Assembly (NCBI GenBank): GCA_963665115.1
Contig: OY762007.1
Location: 1,600,001-1,664,000, forward strand
Source of the DNA: an uncultured Rivularia sp.
GTDB lineage: Bacteria > Cyanobacteriota > Cyanobacteriia > Cyanobacteriales > Nostocaceae
Reading direction: 5' to 3'
Length of the DNA stretch: 64,000 nucleotides
In this document: positions 12,396 to 24,053 of the stretch, piece by piece
How positions within the stretch are numbered: position 1 is the first letter of the stretch
Layout of the letters: each line of letters opens with the position of its first letter
Notes under the pieces: model-generated
Seen by the model: only the letters and a program-made list of their open reading frames with translations
The model's database searches: none
What the model was told of the DNA's origin: nothing
Translations under genes and position numbers: made by a program

Positions 12396-15300
12396 CTACC
12401 TTTCCTGAATCAACTGCAACAACTCTTGCGTAGATATCTTGCCACTAATATCAGCATCTTCCAATAAACTATCCGCCAAATCTCGCTTATGGTGATGTAA
12501 ATCCACAATTTTATCTTCAATAGTATCCTTAGCAACCAAACGATAAATTGTTACCGGACGCTGCTGTCCAATACGGTGGGCGCGGTCTGAGGCTTGGTCT
12601 TCCACTGCGGGATTCCACCAGGGGTCCATATGAATTACGTAGTCGGCAGCAGTTAAATTAAGACCAGTACCTCCGGCTTTTAAACTAATCAAGAATACAT
12701 CCCCTTCCCCAGCTTGAAAAGCATCTACTCGCTTTTTCCTTTCTTTTGCTGGAGTACTGCCATCTAAATATTGATATTTAATATTCTGTTCTTCAAGGTA
12801 GTCACGTATGATATGCAAATGGTCTACGAATTGACTAAACACCAAAGCCTTATGACGATTTTCCAATAATTCAGTCAGCACCTCACCAAATAACTGCAAT
12901 TTAGCACTGGGAAGTGGGGCATCTGGCATTACTAAGTGAGAATTACAGCAAGCACGACGCAATTTCATAATTTCAGCTAATACTTGCAGATGTTTGTGTC
13001 CCGCAGCTGCATCGCTATCTGCTAATTTGGTAATGGCTTGTTGACGCAATGCTTCATACATTGCCATTTCTTCCCGACTCAATTCTACGTGCAAGGTAAT
13101 TTCAGTACGAGAAGGTAATTCCGATAAAACTTGAGTTTTGGTACGTCTTAATAAAAAAGGTAGAATTAACTTCTTTAATCTCTGACGTGCTTGTTTATCT
13201 TGAAATTTCTCAATTGGTACTGCAAAGCGTTGATTAAAACTTTCCAAGGAACCCAGTAATCCGGGATTGATAAACCGGAATAAATTCCACAATTCACCAA
13301 GATGGTTTTCAACAGGAGTTCCGGTAGTAATTAACTTAAATTCCGATTGCAGATTCATCGCAGCTTGAGAACGTTTGGTAGCAATATTTTTGATTGCTTG
13401 GGCTTCATCCAAGACTATGGTTTGCCACTCTACCTGAGATAACATTTGAGCTACATCTTCTTGCTGCAACAAACCATAGCTACATACAAGCATATCCAAA
13501 GGTTGCAATTCATCTAACAATTTTTGACGATTCCCACTACCAAATTGAATCGGGTTTAAAGTAGGTGCAAACTTTTGTACTTCGCCGATCCAATTTAGAC
13601 ATACTGAAGTCGGAGCAATGATTAAAGTTGCTCCTTGGGGTGCCCGTTGTAGAATTACAGCTAATGCTTGCAAAGTTTTTCCTAAACCCATTTGGTCAGC
13701 CAAACAAGCTCCTACTCCCCAGTATGCCAAACGTGACAACCAATTAAAACCTTCTATTTGATAATCCCTTAATTCTGCTTGCAAAGTAGAAGGAAGTTCT
13801 GGCTGCAAATTTTTCATTTCCTGGAGACGTTGAATATGCGCTTTCCAATGTTTATCTGCTTGTAATTTCCCTACACCGTCAACTAAATCTTCCACAGCCA
13901 ACACAGAAGTAGGATGAAAACCCAAGCCTTTCCCATTCCTTTGAGTAAATGCTCGCAATTCATCCAAACGCTGACGAAATTCCCGCGTCAATGCTAAAAA
14001 TTGACCATCTCCCAAACGCACAAAACGACTGGGACTTTGCTTCAGTAATTCCAATAGGTGCTGCATATCCAACACCAAATTATCATCTAACTTCAACTCA
14101 CCATCAACAGCAAACCAATCTCGTTGACGTTTAATTTTCAATTGCAAATCATCTTTGTCAGCATTGTGACTGACTCGCAACTTTTCCCCTTCGGGCCATT
14201 CTAATATGGTTTTATCTCCTAATTCTTGCAGTTCCAACAGCAATTCTAAACAATCTTCCACATCTTCTATCAACCATTCCCCATCTTGTGGTTCATAACG
14301 AGTTAAAGTTGGACAAGCGGCAATAATCTCCTTTTTCAATTGCTTTTCGTGTTTCAGATTGCGTGTAGTCTGCAAACGCTTTCCACCAATTTCAGCAATC
14401 ACCGTTGCACCTCCCTTACCTGGACGATAATAAGAACCACCATCAGCAAAGGGACGAGATAATATGGCTACTTTTAACCCCGCACCAGCAGGTAATAAAT
14501 GAATATGGGGTGTAGTTTCTACCGGTACTTCCTCAACATTTTCTAAACCACCACCGATATTCGAATGAACTGTAACCATTGTTGATACAGTATTTATAGC
14601 TGCCAATACCTTTTCTTGGGCAGTCTCAGGTACTTCCAATCGGTTCTTTTTACCCAAGATATCTGCAATGCGGCGGTGTTCGCTATTAACTTCAATTACC
14701 TTGATGCGGGTAGGGGTTTCTTTTACGGTAAGGACATCGCTCGTATCTTCAATATGAGGCAAGAATTTTAAAATTAAACGACCTGCTTTACCCTTCTTGA
14801 CAATTAATTCCGGTTCTCCCTTAACAATTTCTACTCTTGTTGTAGGAGAATCTTCCCAGAAAACCAAGGGATGTCCGATTAAAACAGAAATCGCTTTTTC
14901 GTTGAAAGTATACTCCGTTCTGCCATAATATCCGCGATTGTAAGTAGTAAAAGTTTCAATACAACCACATACTCTAATATCCTGAGTAGTGAGATAATCA
15001 AACTCACCAAGGTTTTCTTGCAAACGTCTTAAAGCTATGACACGACCCTTTACTCCAATCACCTTTGGCATTAATTTTCTGTTCGCGAGGTTGTAATACA
15101 CATCCACTAGGATAAAAAGTGATAAACCATGCCAATCGCCTTTCTGAAAGAGCTTTTGGTGCTTCTTGTGGTGCCTTGTGAATATTTACCAAAGCATTTA
15201 AACACAATTCCCAAGGCTCCTGGGGATGAACCACATCTACAATGCTCTCAATACCAATATCTTCTCGTAATATTGACCCTTGGGTACCATAACTACTATC

Positions 15301-16656
15301 GGGTTTGAGCCTAGATAAAAGTTCTGCGGTTTCCATTGCTAACCAATGATATTCCGACGCGATCGCCTGACTTAAAATAGGCTCTAATATCAGAGGTAAA
15401 TATTTTTTGGCTTCAGTTGCATCTACCCAGTAGAAACACAGAGCGCTAAAAAAGGTTTCTAAACTATGCTGTTGTTCTAAAATCGGAATATCGTTACTGA
15501 GAATAAAATCTTTTTGGGCAATATCACCCTGTTGAACTTGTAATAATATTTTCAACTGTGCGTAAGTAGACCTCAACCAATGGTCTGATTGACGAGAAAT
15601 CCAACTACAATAGCCTTCTGCTTCTCGGAGTCGATTAGGTGAACCCTCTTTCAATAATGCCAGGATAAAAAATAATCCACCTATAGTATTAAAATATGTT
15701 TTCTTTTTATTCTTCGATTTTTTGAAATGCTTGAGCGCTATGGTGTAATAATTAATGGCTTTCTCGTTATCTCCTTGAAGAAAGTGAAACCATCCCCAGA
15801 AAACGGCAGCATTATTTTGATAATCTTCAGATATGCGTTCCAAACACTCTTGTGTTTCTTGCAAACAACCCCTTAGTAACAGTTGTTCAGCCAAAACCAT
15901 TTGTAAGAAATCTGAGGAATGTTCTCCGGGTTGGACGCATCCTTCTTCCAAGACAGCAAAAGCTTCTGGAGTCGGAGATAATCTCAGAAGTGAATTTATC
16001 AGAATTGAGGGTAATATACTTCTGTACAACGGCAGCGATAAAGTCCGAAACCAATCTGCATCGAAGGGATTATTGCATACTAACTCGAAAACATCTGTAG
16101 CGGATATTTTGTCCTCGTGATAACCGTATTCTTCGTAGTCTTCTAATTGCTTGTTAATAAACTCTATATCTTGGTTGTAAATTCCCAGACGAACTTCTCG
16201 TAATAGTTGAGTTTGGTTCTGGAAAATCTTACCTTTTCCTGTAAAGTATGTGCGAACCGGTAATTTTTCTTCTACTGCCTTTGCCATCGCTGCAAAACAT
16301 CCAGATTTTACTGCCGAACGAGTCGCAACTTCTGCTAATAATGGATGACATTGGGGTGCTTTTCCCCGCTCTTGAATTAGTAATCCTGCTGCTAACAAGT
16401 TATCGATGTAGGGTTTTAACTTGGAGTTACCAACAGGCTTGTAATTCTTATCTTGTGCGCCTAAGTAATTAAAACATTCCAAGAAAGAAGTTCGGTTAAT
16501 TGGTTCGTAAATTACCGAAAATAATTGGATAATCTTCTCTTCTAGTGGTGCTAGTAGATGAAATTCCTCGATTAGTTGGCTGCGAAGTTGGGCAGTATCA
16601 ACATCAGAATCGCTCATGGTAATGTAGAAGGCGCTACATTTATCATCGTAAATCAA
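12396..16656 (-). CDS. SNF2-family DEAD/DEAH helicase, split by a frameshift near 15045
   Basis: LADQMGLGKT, DEAQ, TGTPVEN, LVFSQF, SLKAGGTGLNL, DRAHRIGQ; ORFs 15004-16656 and 12396-15107 join at WSKG/RVIAL. Confidence 0.92.
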
Positions 16657-16751
16657 AACGGGTAGCTAATTATTTATCGTCAAGTAAAATTCATGAAAGC
16701 AATTTAGAATACAGATTCTGGAGTCAAATTCAATAAAAACACAACAGAGCA

Positions 16752-17114
16752 ATGGATTTGGCGGAGGCAGCTTTTAGTGCGAAACGGGACAGGTAACTTA
16801 GAATAAGCATCTCAACTTATTCGAGAAGCATTTGAAAATGAACAAACAGCCGCAGAACTAATTGCTCATCAATTAGATGCAGAACCGAGCCGTTCAATTT
16901 TACATCGCAGTGCAGCAACAAGGCGCGATAGATTGCGGAGAATTGAAAGCAGCAGAACGTTTAATAGCAACAGCTTTATCCGGAAATCCCCCTGAAGAGA
17001 TTGCGCTCAGAATTAAAGGATTTGTTTATTCAAATTAATTTACGTCCATATTTTCAACGTAAGGGTATAAATATTGATGATGAACAAATCAATGCTTTAA
17101 TAGCACAAGGTTAA
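16752..17114 (+). pseudogene. Degraded small helical hypothetical protein
   Basis: Fragments MDLAEAAF..., AAELIAHQLDAEPSRSILHRSAA, AAERLIATALSGNPPEEIA in shifting frames. Confidence 0.55.
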
Positions 17115-17160
17115 GCAGCGCATTGAAGTTATGCGAACATAAAAGCAATTGTCAACTAAA

Positions 17161-17812
17161 CTACGGCATAACATAGTCAAGTTTTAATTGTAAATTTGGA
17201 AATAAATGAGAACAAATCATATCTCCTAAACGATATTGCTGTTGTTGATATACACCATTAACTAATTGACACACGGTAAAAGTTGGTTGTTTGGGGTTCC
17301 CGATAAACTGCAAACCACCCAAACTGCGAAAATCAACGGACACTTGCTTCAAGCCGGGGAACCCGTCCAACGCAGTGTCCTCAATAATCCAATATTCGGG
17401 TATCCCTAATAAACTATATTCTTCAACCTTTCTGGCATAATCATCCTGCCAATTAGTACTTACTACCTCTGCGACTAATTTAATAGTATCGCCTCTACAA
17501 ATAATCGGTTCCTTATCCCATAGCGGTTCCTGTCTTAACTTTTCTTTATCTAAAACAATTACATCTGGGCGTAATGCTGTTGCTTAGTAAGGCGGGTGGT
17601 TTAATCAAACAAGTCTTTGGAATCAACCAATTCAAATTAGAGCGAAAAATCTCAGCATAAACTCTACCAGCAATATTTCCTGAAACTTCTTCATGAGGAC
17701 CAGTTGGTTCCATGTCACGTAATTCTCCGTCAATAAGTTCGTAACGTGCGTTGTCTCCATACTCAGTAATAAATTGCTCGAAAGTCAGAAGTTTGGGTGG
17801 AGTGTATGTCAT
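17161..17812 (-). pseudogene. Uma2 family endonuclease, frameshifted near 17585 and carrying a 48-bp in-frame insertion
   Basis: RYELIDGEL, ALRPDVIVLD, VAEVVSTNWQDDYARKVEEY..LGIPEYWI motifs across frames. Confidence 0.85.
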
Positions 17813-17932
17813 AACTCATATTGTGAGCGGGAAATAGTTTTATTTTAGCGAAGCCGCAATAATTAACTGATAGCTATGGAAATACGTTGATGTAAAAACG
17901 CAATTAATGAAAATATTGCAAAAATAAATATC

Positions 17933-17965
17933 TTGACAACTTACTCTCGTTTTGAGAGTATGAAT
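17933..17965 (+). promoter_or_regulatory. Putative higBA promoter with palindromic operator
   Basis: TTGACA at 17933 followed by palindrome tactctc-gtttt-gagagta (17942-17960). Confidence 0.6.
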
Positions 17966-18017
17966 CTTAAGTTAATTCTATTAATTAGCTCACATTAGCT
18001 AATTAACTTTTTTAGGA

Positions 18018-18317
18018 ATGCATCTAATCTCGATTCGCAGTCTTCGCATTGATGCTAATCAATTTCCCGATGTTAAAAAGCAAGTTGAGGACTGGTATGC
18101 AACTGTAAAAAAAGCTGAATGGAATAATTTAGAGGATGTTCGTTTAATTTACAGGGATGCAGAAGCCGTTGGTAATTTTACTGTTTTTAACATAAAAGGT
18201 AACGCATATCGTTTAATTGTTGGGATAGACTATGAAAACCAAGTAATTTACTATAAATACTTTATTACGCACGCCCAATACGATAAAGATAAGTGGAAAA
18301 ATGACCCTTACTTTTGA
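18018..18317 (+). CDS. higB: Type II toxin HigB
   Basis: MHLIS, VFNIKGNAYRLI, THAQYDK motifs. Confidence 0.9.
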   Translation: MHLISIRSLRIDANQFPDVKKQVEDWYATVKKAEWNNLEDVRLIYRDAEAVGNFTVFNIKGNAYRLIVGIDYENQVIYYKYFITHAQYDKDKWKNDPYF

Positions 18318-18699
18318 TAGAAATACTTACCGCAATCTTCTTACAGAAGTTATTCCTGTTGCAATTGAGACAGAAGAGGAGTACGATCGCGTTTTAAAAA
18401 TAGTAGAGGAGCTAACTTTTAAGAAAAATCGCACTACTGAGGAAAAAGCTTTACATAAGTTACTTGTAATTTTAGTAGAAGCTTATGAGACAGAAAACTA
18501 TCCAATAGAAGAATCTGCACCCCACGAAATTCTACAGCATATTATGGAATCAAGTGGAACCCGTCAAATTGATTTGGTCGGAATTATTGGCTCAAGTGGT
18601 GTAGTATCCGAAATCGTAAATGGTAAACGAGGGATTAGTAAAGCACAAGCTAAGGCTTTGAGTGAGTATTTTAAAGTATCGTCTAGTTTGTTTATTTGA
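18301..18699 (+). CDS. higA: HigA antitoxin (HTH)
   Basis: Overlaps higB; C-terminal HTH (SSGVVSEIVNGKRGISK). Confidence 0.88.
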   Translation: MTLTFDRNTYRNLLTEVIPVAIETEEEYDRVLKIVEELTFKKNRTTEEKALHKLLVILVEAYETENYPIEESAPHEILQHIMESSGTRQIDLVGIIGSSGVVSEIVNGKRGISKAQAKALSEYFKVSSSLFI

Positions 18700-18769
18700 A
18701 AAAAGGAGTTAGTTACTAAGTGTAGAAATTATCGTTCGTAGCTGGGTATTTATTCCTCTTGTAAGATAC

Positions 18770-19111
18770 TTAAGCAACCCCATAACCTGTGTAAGGACGT
18801 TTATAACTCGGATGCAAACCGATAACAATATCCTTTTTGGGTATACCCATATCTACTAAATCTTGCGCTAAATCAGCTTCCGTCATGTTTCGCTGAATCC
18901 ACACTTTACCATCTTTGATATCTATATGGATGAAACAGTTATAAACTCGTTTAAGACCATCCCAACCAATATCAAGAAGTTGGTAATGGTCATGTTCTGT
19001 GTCAAAAATCAACTGAGACTCAATCTCAGTAGAAGGATTATTTTCTTCTAGCTTGGCATGAGTATTTAGTAATTCACGAACAAATAATCGATATTGCTCT
19101 AATTTTTCCAT
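18770..19111 (-). CDS. xisI: XisI protein
   Basis: FDTEHDHYQL, HIDIKDGKVWIQ, GIPKKDIVIG. Confidence 0.92.
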   Translation of the reverse strand: MEKLEQYRLFVRELLNTHAKLEENNPSTEIESQLIFDTEHDHYQLLDIGWDGLKRVYNCFIHIDIKDGKVWIQRNMTEADLAQDLVDMGIPKKDIVIGLHPSYKRPYTGYGVA

Positions 19112-19570
19112 TCGACGACTACCTCTTTAACAGGATCGTAAATTATCAATTTTACTTGATAAAGTCTGACTGCTTCTTGAGTAAACTTTTCTTGAAAAAA
19201 TGATTCAAATGTATCAATCGGAACTGCTAAATAAAGCATTCTATCCGATTCACTCATCTGTAATGCTAGACGATAATTCAAAAATTGACGGGAACCCATA
19301 AGAATTTTTTCTTCTAAAAAAAAATTCTTATGGGAACCCTTGACCTAGTGCTGCATGAAAATCTGTGATTACAGAAGTCTTGAGGAAACTTTTAATTTCT
19401 ACTGCTATCTTCTTTCCTTCTTTTTGAGCTGCTAAAACTTTTTCTGCTGCTAAATCTATCTCAAGCTTGACACCTTCAATTTTAATCTTTAGTGGGTCTG
19501 CTGTGATAACCCAGTCTTCTTTCAAAAGTGCTTGTTTCACAGCATCATGGAATAAGTCGCGAGCAGCCAT
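19099..19570 (-). pseudogene. xisH: XisH protein disrupted by a 50-bp palindromic insertion
   Basis: ARDLFHDAVK, IDLAAE, AVEIKSF, DFHAALGQ|FLNYRLAL split by insert 19290-19339. Confidence 0.9.
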
Positions 19571-19718
19571 TAATTTTTCTATAATTTCTAAAAGTCAGTT
19601 CCGCACTATTTAAGAATTTAACAGCTATTTGGGCATTACCGTTGACTAATATATAATTTGCTAACTGTCGCAAATCTTGCGTTGCCCGGTCTTTGATAAT
19701 TAAACGATAGTTCATGCG

Positions 19719-19967
19719 TTATTCGGGTTTTTCATTGTTCTTGCCCAAAACCGTAGAACGCAGATTTTGCCAATATTCTGGCGTTGCTTTCTGTCCTTGA
19801 GAATCAATACCTTCGAGTAAAAGAGTTTCCAATCTTTCTTTTACCTTACGTTTTTGGTCTTGCTGCGCTAAATTGATAAAATATTTACTGCTATTAGCAC
19901 CTGACATTATTTGTGCCTCAATATGAACGCGCATCTCCTTGTCCAGTATATCAATATTTGTATTCAT
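19719..19967 (-). CDS. ParD-like (CC2985-type) antitoxin, probably degenerate and orphan
   Basis: LETLLLEGIDS..TPEYWQNLR motif; no intact toxin gene adjacent. Confidence 0.6.
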   Translation of the reverse strand: MNTNIDILDKEMRVHIEAQIMSGANSSKYFINLAQQDQKRKVKERLETLLLEGIDSQGQKATPEYWQNLRSTVLGKNNEKPE

Positions 19968-20132
19968 AAGAAATGGAATTAGCTTGGGAACTCAAACTTT
20001 GCAACCGAACAAAACGGGAGTGCATATTAGTGAATTAATTGAGCAATACGAGCTAAAAATATGAATTGGGGTAAAATTGGGGTAAAAATATTGATTGTAA
20101 GGTAAAACCGTTATATCTGCGTGGTTTACCAA

Positions 20133-20179
20133 GGTCTGCAAAACCTCCATCCCCCGGTTCAAATCCGGGTGTCGCCTTT
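20133..20179 (+). other. 3' half of tRNA-Cys(GCA), att core 1
   Basis: Anticodon arm ggtctgcaaaacc, T-arm ccggttcaaatccgg, acceptor strand; no 5' half; identical to 41554-41600 on the minus strand. Confidence 0.85.
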
Positions 20180-20613
20180 TAAGAAATACAAGCATTGTAG
20201 GGCTTCCAAGCCCTTTTTTAATTTGTCCGCAAGGACTGATTTTTCAGGCTTATATATAATTTTAGGTCACTTTTGGGGACTTCAGAGCAACAACTGGGGT
20301 AAAACTGGGGTAAAGAATGTAAGGTAGAGGTGTTTACCCCAATAAGCTCTTTTGGGGTAAAATTGGGGTAAAGTTGTTTTCTTGCCTATGGAAGATTGCC
20401 ATTTCGGGTTGAGGGAGGGAGTGAGGGAGTGAGAGAGGGAGGGAGCGAGGGATAAATTTTTATCCGGAAATCGCCAACAGCGAGCGGAACGGGACTAACC
20501 TAAAAAATTTTCAAGCTAACCCAGTAAAGTGAGAAATTATTGACGATGCAGTTTGTTTAATTATTTTATTTCTTTAAATGTCAATACTTTTTTACAAAAA
20601 TTAATTACAAAAA

Positions 20614-21042
20614 TTAACCGAGTTTAGCAGCTAATTTCTGGTAAATGTCATCCAAGTAAACAGGAATTACTGGTTTCCCTTTTTCTAAAATGGCGATCGC
20701 CTTTTTCAGATCAAACTTGGACAGTTCTAATTTACCCAGCTTCTTATCCCAAGCCAACATAAAACGTCGAGGAACTTCTTCAGATGCGGGTAGAATCAAT
20801 TCCTTGTCTTTGAGATTATTAACCGTCGCAGCGGCAATATCAAAATTTAGTCCCACTTCCAAACAATAAACCATCAAAGCTAATTCCATTACCTCCGAAC
20901 GAGAGTAGTAAACACTACGTCCCGTTCCGGTACTGCTAATCGTAGGTACAATAACTTCTTTCTCGCGCCAATATTGTAATTGGCGGAGAGTGCAACCTGC
21001 TATTTGCGCCGCTTGTTTGCTCGTAAAAAACATGTCTTGCAT
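20614..21042 (-). CDS. MerR-family HTH regulator
   Basis: FTSKQAAQIAGCTLRQLQYWRE N-terminal MerR HTH. Confidence 0.85.
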   Translation of the reverse strand: MQDMFFTSKQAAQIAGCTLRQLQYWREKEVIVPTISSTGTGRSVYYSRSEVMELALMVYCLEVGLNFDIAAATVNNLKDKELILPASEEVPRRFMLAWDKKLGKLELSKFDLKKAIAILEKGKPVIPVYLDDIYQKLAAKLG

Positions 21043-21324
21043 AATTCCAATTATTGCACAAGCGGATTATCACACGCATATGTTACTATTAATCGTAAAT
21101 ATTTATTATATCTAGGAATGATATTCCAATAATATAGTATTTAAGTACTATTAAGGTTATATAATCTAAAAGTGCGTAAAAAACGGAAATTGTGATTACT
21201 TTTTAGAATTGATCATTTATACTTTTTAGTTAAGATTCTTTGTAACGCAGTTAATTACTTAATTAAATAAAGCTTTCACTAAAAGAAAATATATCGATAC
21301 AGTAAGTTTTGAAGGATTGACGTT

Positions 21325-21753
21325 ATGTCCTCAAAGAAGCCAAATGGTTATTCAGGTCGTGGTTCGGTACAGATAAAAAATTCTAACGGCAGACTTCAAA
21401 TAGTTTTTTCTCACCCAATTACAACAGAAGCAGGGGAATTAAAAACTAAACGTTTTTATCTTTCAACAAGACATGATGATACACCCTTGGGAAGACAGCA
21501 GGCTTCTATAATAGCTGCCAAGATTCAAAGGGATATCGATTATGGAGAATTCGATGCAACTCTGGCTAAATATAAACCAGCAGCCTCCGTCGAAACTGTT
21601 GCTCCTCAAACTCGTCCGTTTCGTCCGAAAAAACAGGACTTGGAGCAGTTATGGGAACAATACACAGAGTTTAAAAAACCACAGATAAGTCCCTCTACAT
21701 ACGCAAGAGAACATCTAAATCAGAAGATTTTTATCATGTTTGAAATTAAATAA
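21325..21753 (+). pseudogene. Truncated tyrosine integrase (N-terminal arm-binding domain only)
   Basis: GSVQIKNSNGRLQI, KRFYLS, KIQRDIDYGEFDATLAKYK; no catalytic domain. Confidence 0.8.
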
Positions 21754-21782
21754 CCCTTTAGCTATTCTTCATCCGCCGTAAT

Positions 21783-22106
21783 TTATTTTATTAGTTCGCG
21801 AACATCTGGTAAATCAACTGTATTCTCGTAATTTTCATAAAATAAATTTATTGAAGCATAAAATGTTTCTGGTGTTTCATGTTGTTCCTCAAAATAAGCA
21901 CCATCTCTACATCCAAATAAAATTAAGTTAGAGTTAATCCTTTTAAGAAATGTCTGGGTTGGAATCATCATATTTGCGACTTTAAAGCATCCACTTATGT
22001 ACCCGTGAAAATAGCTGAAAAAATAATTAATTTCTTGACGTGAAAACTCTAGTTCAAATGGTTCTCTAGCTCTTTGAGTATCGTAACCTTCAATACTATT
22101 TTCAAT
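21783..22106 (-). pseudogene. Hypothetical gene interrupted by IS5-family element (5' part at about 23249-23305)
   Basis: The reading frame continues across the IS junction. Confidence 0.5.
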
Positions 22107-23248
22107 AGACCCGTCCAAAAATTTGTAGCCCAGTATTCACAAGGCTTTGAAAGCAATCCTTGCAGATTCCGGCTTCACGAGAAATTAGGGTTTGATACCG
22201 TTACTGATAGTTTAGAGAAGAAAGATAAAGTTTCATAGTTTTTGGCGATCGCCAAAAACTACTAATCTTAATTAGCTGGTAAAATTAAAGAACCAATCCT
22301 TAGCCTCACAAGCCCGCAAACTGTTAAAATTATTTCTTCATAAACATTTGAATTTAACCTAAATCTTTGTGAAGCTATATGAAAAATTCTAACTATTCTG
22401 ATTAAATGTTCTACAAATATGCGCTTGCTAGATAAAATTCTATTTTCTTCTTTTTGTTTCTCACTTAATTGTTTTTTTTTCTTTTTCTTATGAGGTGTAG
22501 TAATATTTTTACCTCCTTGATATCCTTTATCTCCTTCAAATTCTTGTTGTTCATCAAATTTTTTCTGTTGTCCTCTAAACAAATTAATATCTGCCGTCGG
22601 ACCAGGAAAGCCGACTTCGACATCAACTATATCTTTACCGTTTGGCATAGTAATTAATTGACTTTTTAATGTATGCTGTTTTTTCTTTCCTTTTGAAAAC
22701 TTTTTTTGTTCTGCGTTATCAGATGGTCTATCAATTGGTTGTTCCAGGCTATCGACGATTAGTTTAAAGTTGGTCAATATTTCTTGTACAATTGCCAAAT
22801 CTCCTTCTTGATTATCAACCTGTTCCATCAAGCTTGAAGGTAGTATTTCTCGTAAAATTTTTCTCCAATAATGAAAAGTTGTGTGTGCTTTACTTTTCGA
22901 CACACCGAACAACATCCCTAGTATTTCAAATGTTGGTATCTGTCTGAGATAAAATAGACACAAACATATTTCTTCAGAAATTGATAATAATTCTTTACGT
23001 CCTCCACCAGGAGAATGAACCCTAATTTTCTGGTTTTCTTTTTCTTTTAGGATTTCAAGATGTTTTTTGGAAGCTGATTGAATTAATTCTTGAAATTTTT
23101 CGTGACTAATACCTAAAATATGCTTTGTTTTCGCAGGGTATTTTTGGACATAATCAAACACAATACACATTTTTAATTACAGAGTGGTAGACTGCTAATT
23201 TTACTTTCTACCATTTTTTTGTGTCTAGATTATATTTTGGACGGGTCT
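22107..23248 (-). mobile_element. IS5-family insertion sequence
   Basis: Terminal inverted repeats agacccgtccaaaa / ttttggacgggtct in TA context. Confidence 0.85.
22268..23170 (-). CDS. IS5-family (DDE_Tnp_4-like) transposase
   Basis: HTH plus IVDSLE, GDKGYQG, RIFVEHLI DDE motifs. Confidence 0.9.
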   Translation of the reverse strand: MCIVFDYVQKYPAKTKHILGISHEKFQELIQSASKKHLEILKEKENQKIRVHSPGGGRKELLSISEEICLCLFYLRQIPTFEILGMLFGVSKSKAHTTFHYWRKILREILPSSLMEQVDNQEGDLAIVQEILTNFKLIVDSLEQPIDRPSDNAEQKKFSKGKKKQHTLKSQLITMPNGKDIVDVEVGFPGPTADINLFRGQQKKFDEQQEFEGDKGYQGGKNITTPHKKKKKKQLSEKQKEENRILSSKRIFVEHLIRIVRIFHIASQRFRLNSNVYEEIILTVCGLVRLRIGSLILPAN

Positions 23249-23385
23249 ATTACATCCACGATTATGGGCACTGAGGAGTTGAAATTCCAGTATTTTATAC
23301 TACCAATTCACCCAAATTTAAAGTAGGCTCGTCAACTGTGAATAGCAGGGGTCTAATATCCTATATTCCTCTCTTAACTTCTTTA

Positions 23386-23985
23386 CTAACCTTTACGAGT
23401 ACTTGTCACATTATAAGTCCCAATATAGTAGCTCAAAACTGCTAAAATTATTCCGCTAATCACATCGGGAATGAAGTGCTGTTTAATAAATAAAGTAGAT
23501 AGTACAATAAGAACCGTAAAAGTTTCCAGATAAATCCACAGTTTCTTAGTTATCTTCCTCCAGTAAAGATATGCTAAGGTTGAAAGCGTTACATGAAGGC
23601 TGGGAAAACAGTTATATGGTTTATCAATTATATATATAATTTTGACTTAGCTTGAGAACACATCTGTTGAAGCAACAGTTGGTCTTGGAACAGTTGTCTG
23701 AAAAAAAATATAAAACAAGGATGCTACTACGAAACAGAACACAAAGGAGATAGTTACTGAAACAGCATAGCCAGAGAAATACACCAAGAAAACTAATGTA
23801 AAAACAATATAGGGTATAAATAAAACGTAGGGGATACTGAAGATCGGAACAAGGGGAATATAGTTATCAAGCCAAGTTTTTAAAATATGAGCCTCATGGG
23901 GAGTTTGGTTTAAAATTGGATAAAGCAAAAAGGAAATTGCAATAATAACTATATATAAAAAATTTTGATTTAATACTTTATTCAT
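23386..23985 (-). pseudogene. PAP2-like membrane phosphatase/phosphotransferase with internal stop at 23647
   Basis: Frame continues past the stop to DKPYNCFPSLH and KQHFIPD motifs. Confidence 0.75.
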
Positions 23986-24053
23986 TTTTATTTTACTATG
24001 AAGTACATATTCAAAATTATATTAAAATCTTTATTTTTTTCTATGTTGTTTAT

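Noticed and set aside
20101..20179. Complete tRNA-Cys gene (also at 41554-41630)
   Set aside because: The 5' acceptor strand and D-arm are absent in both copies
20409..20452. GGGA/GAGT purine repeat
   Set aside because: Low-complexity tract with no further support
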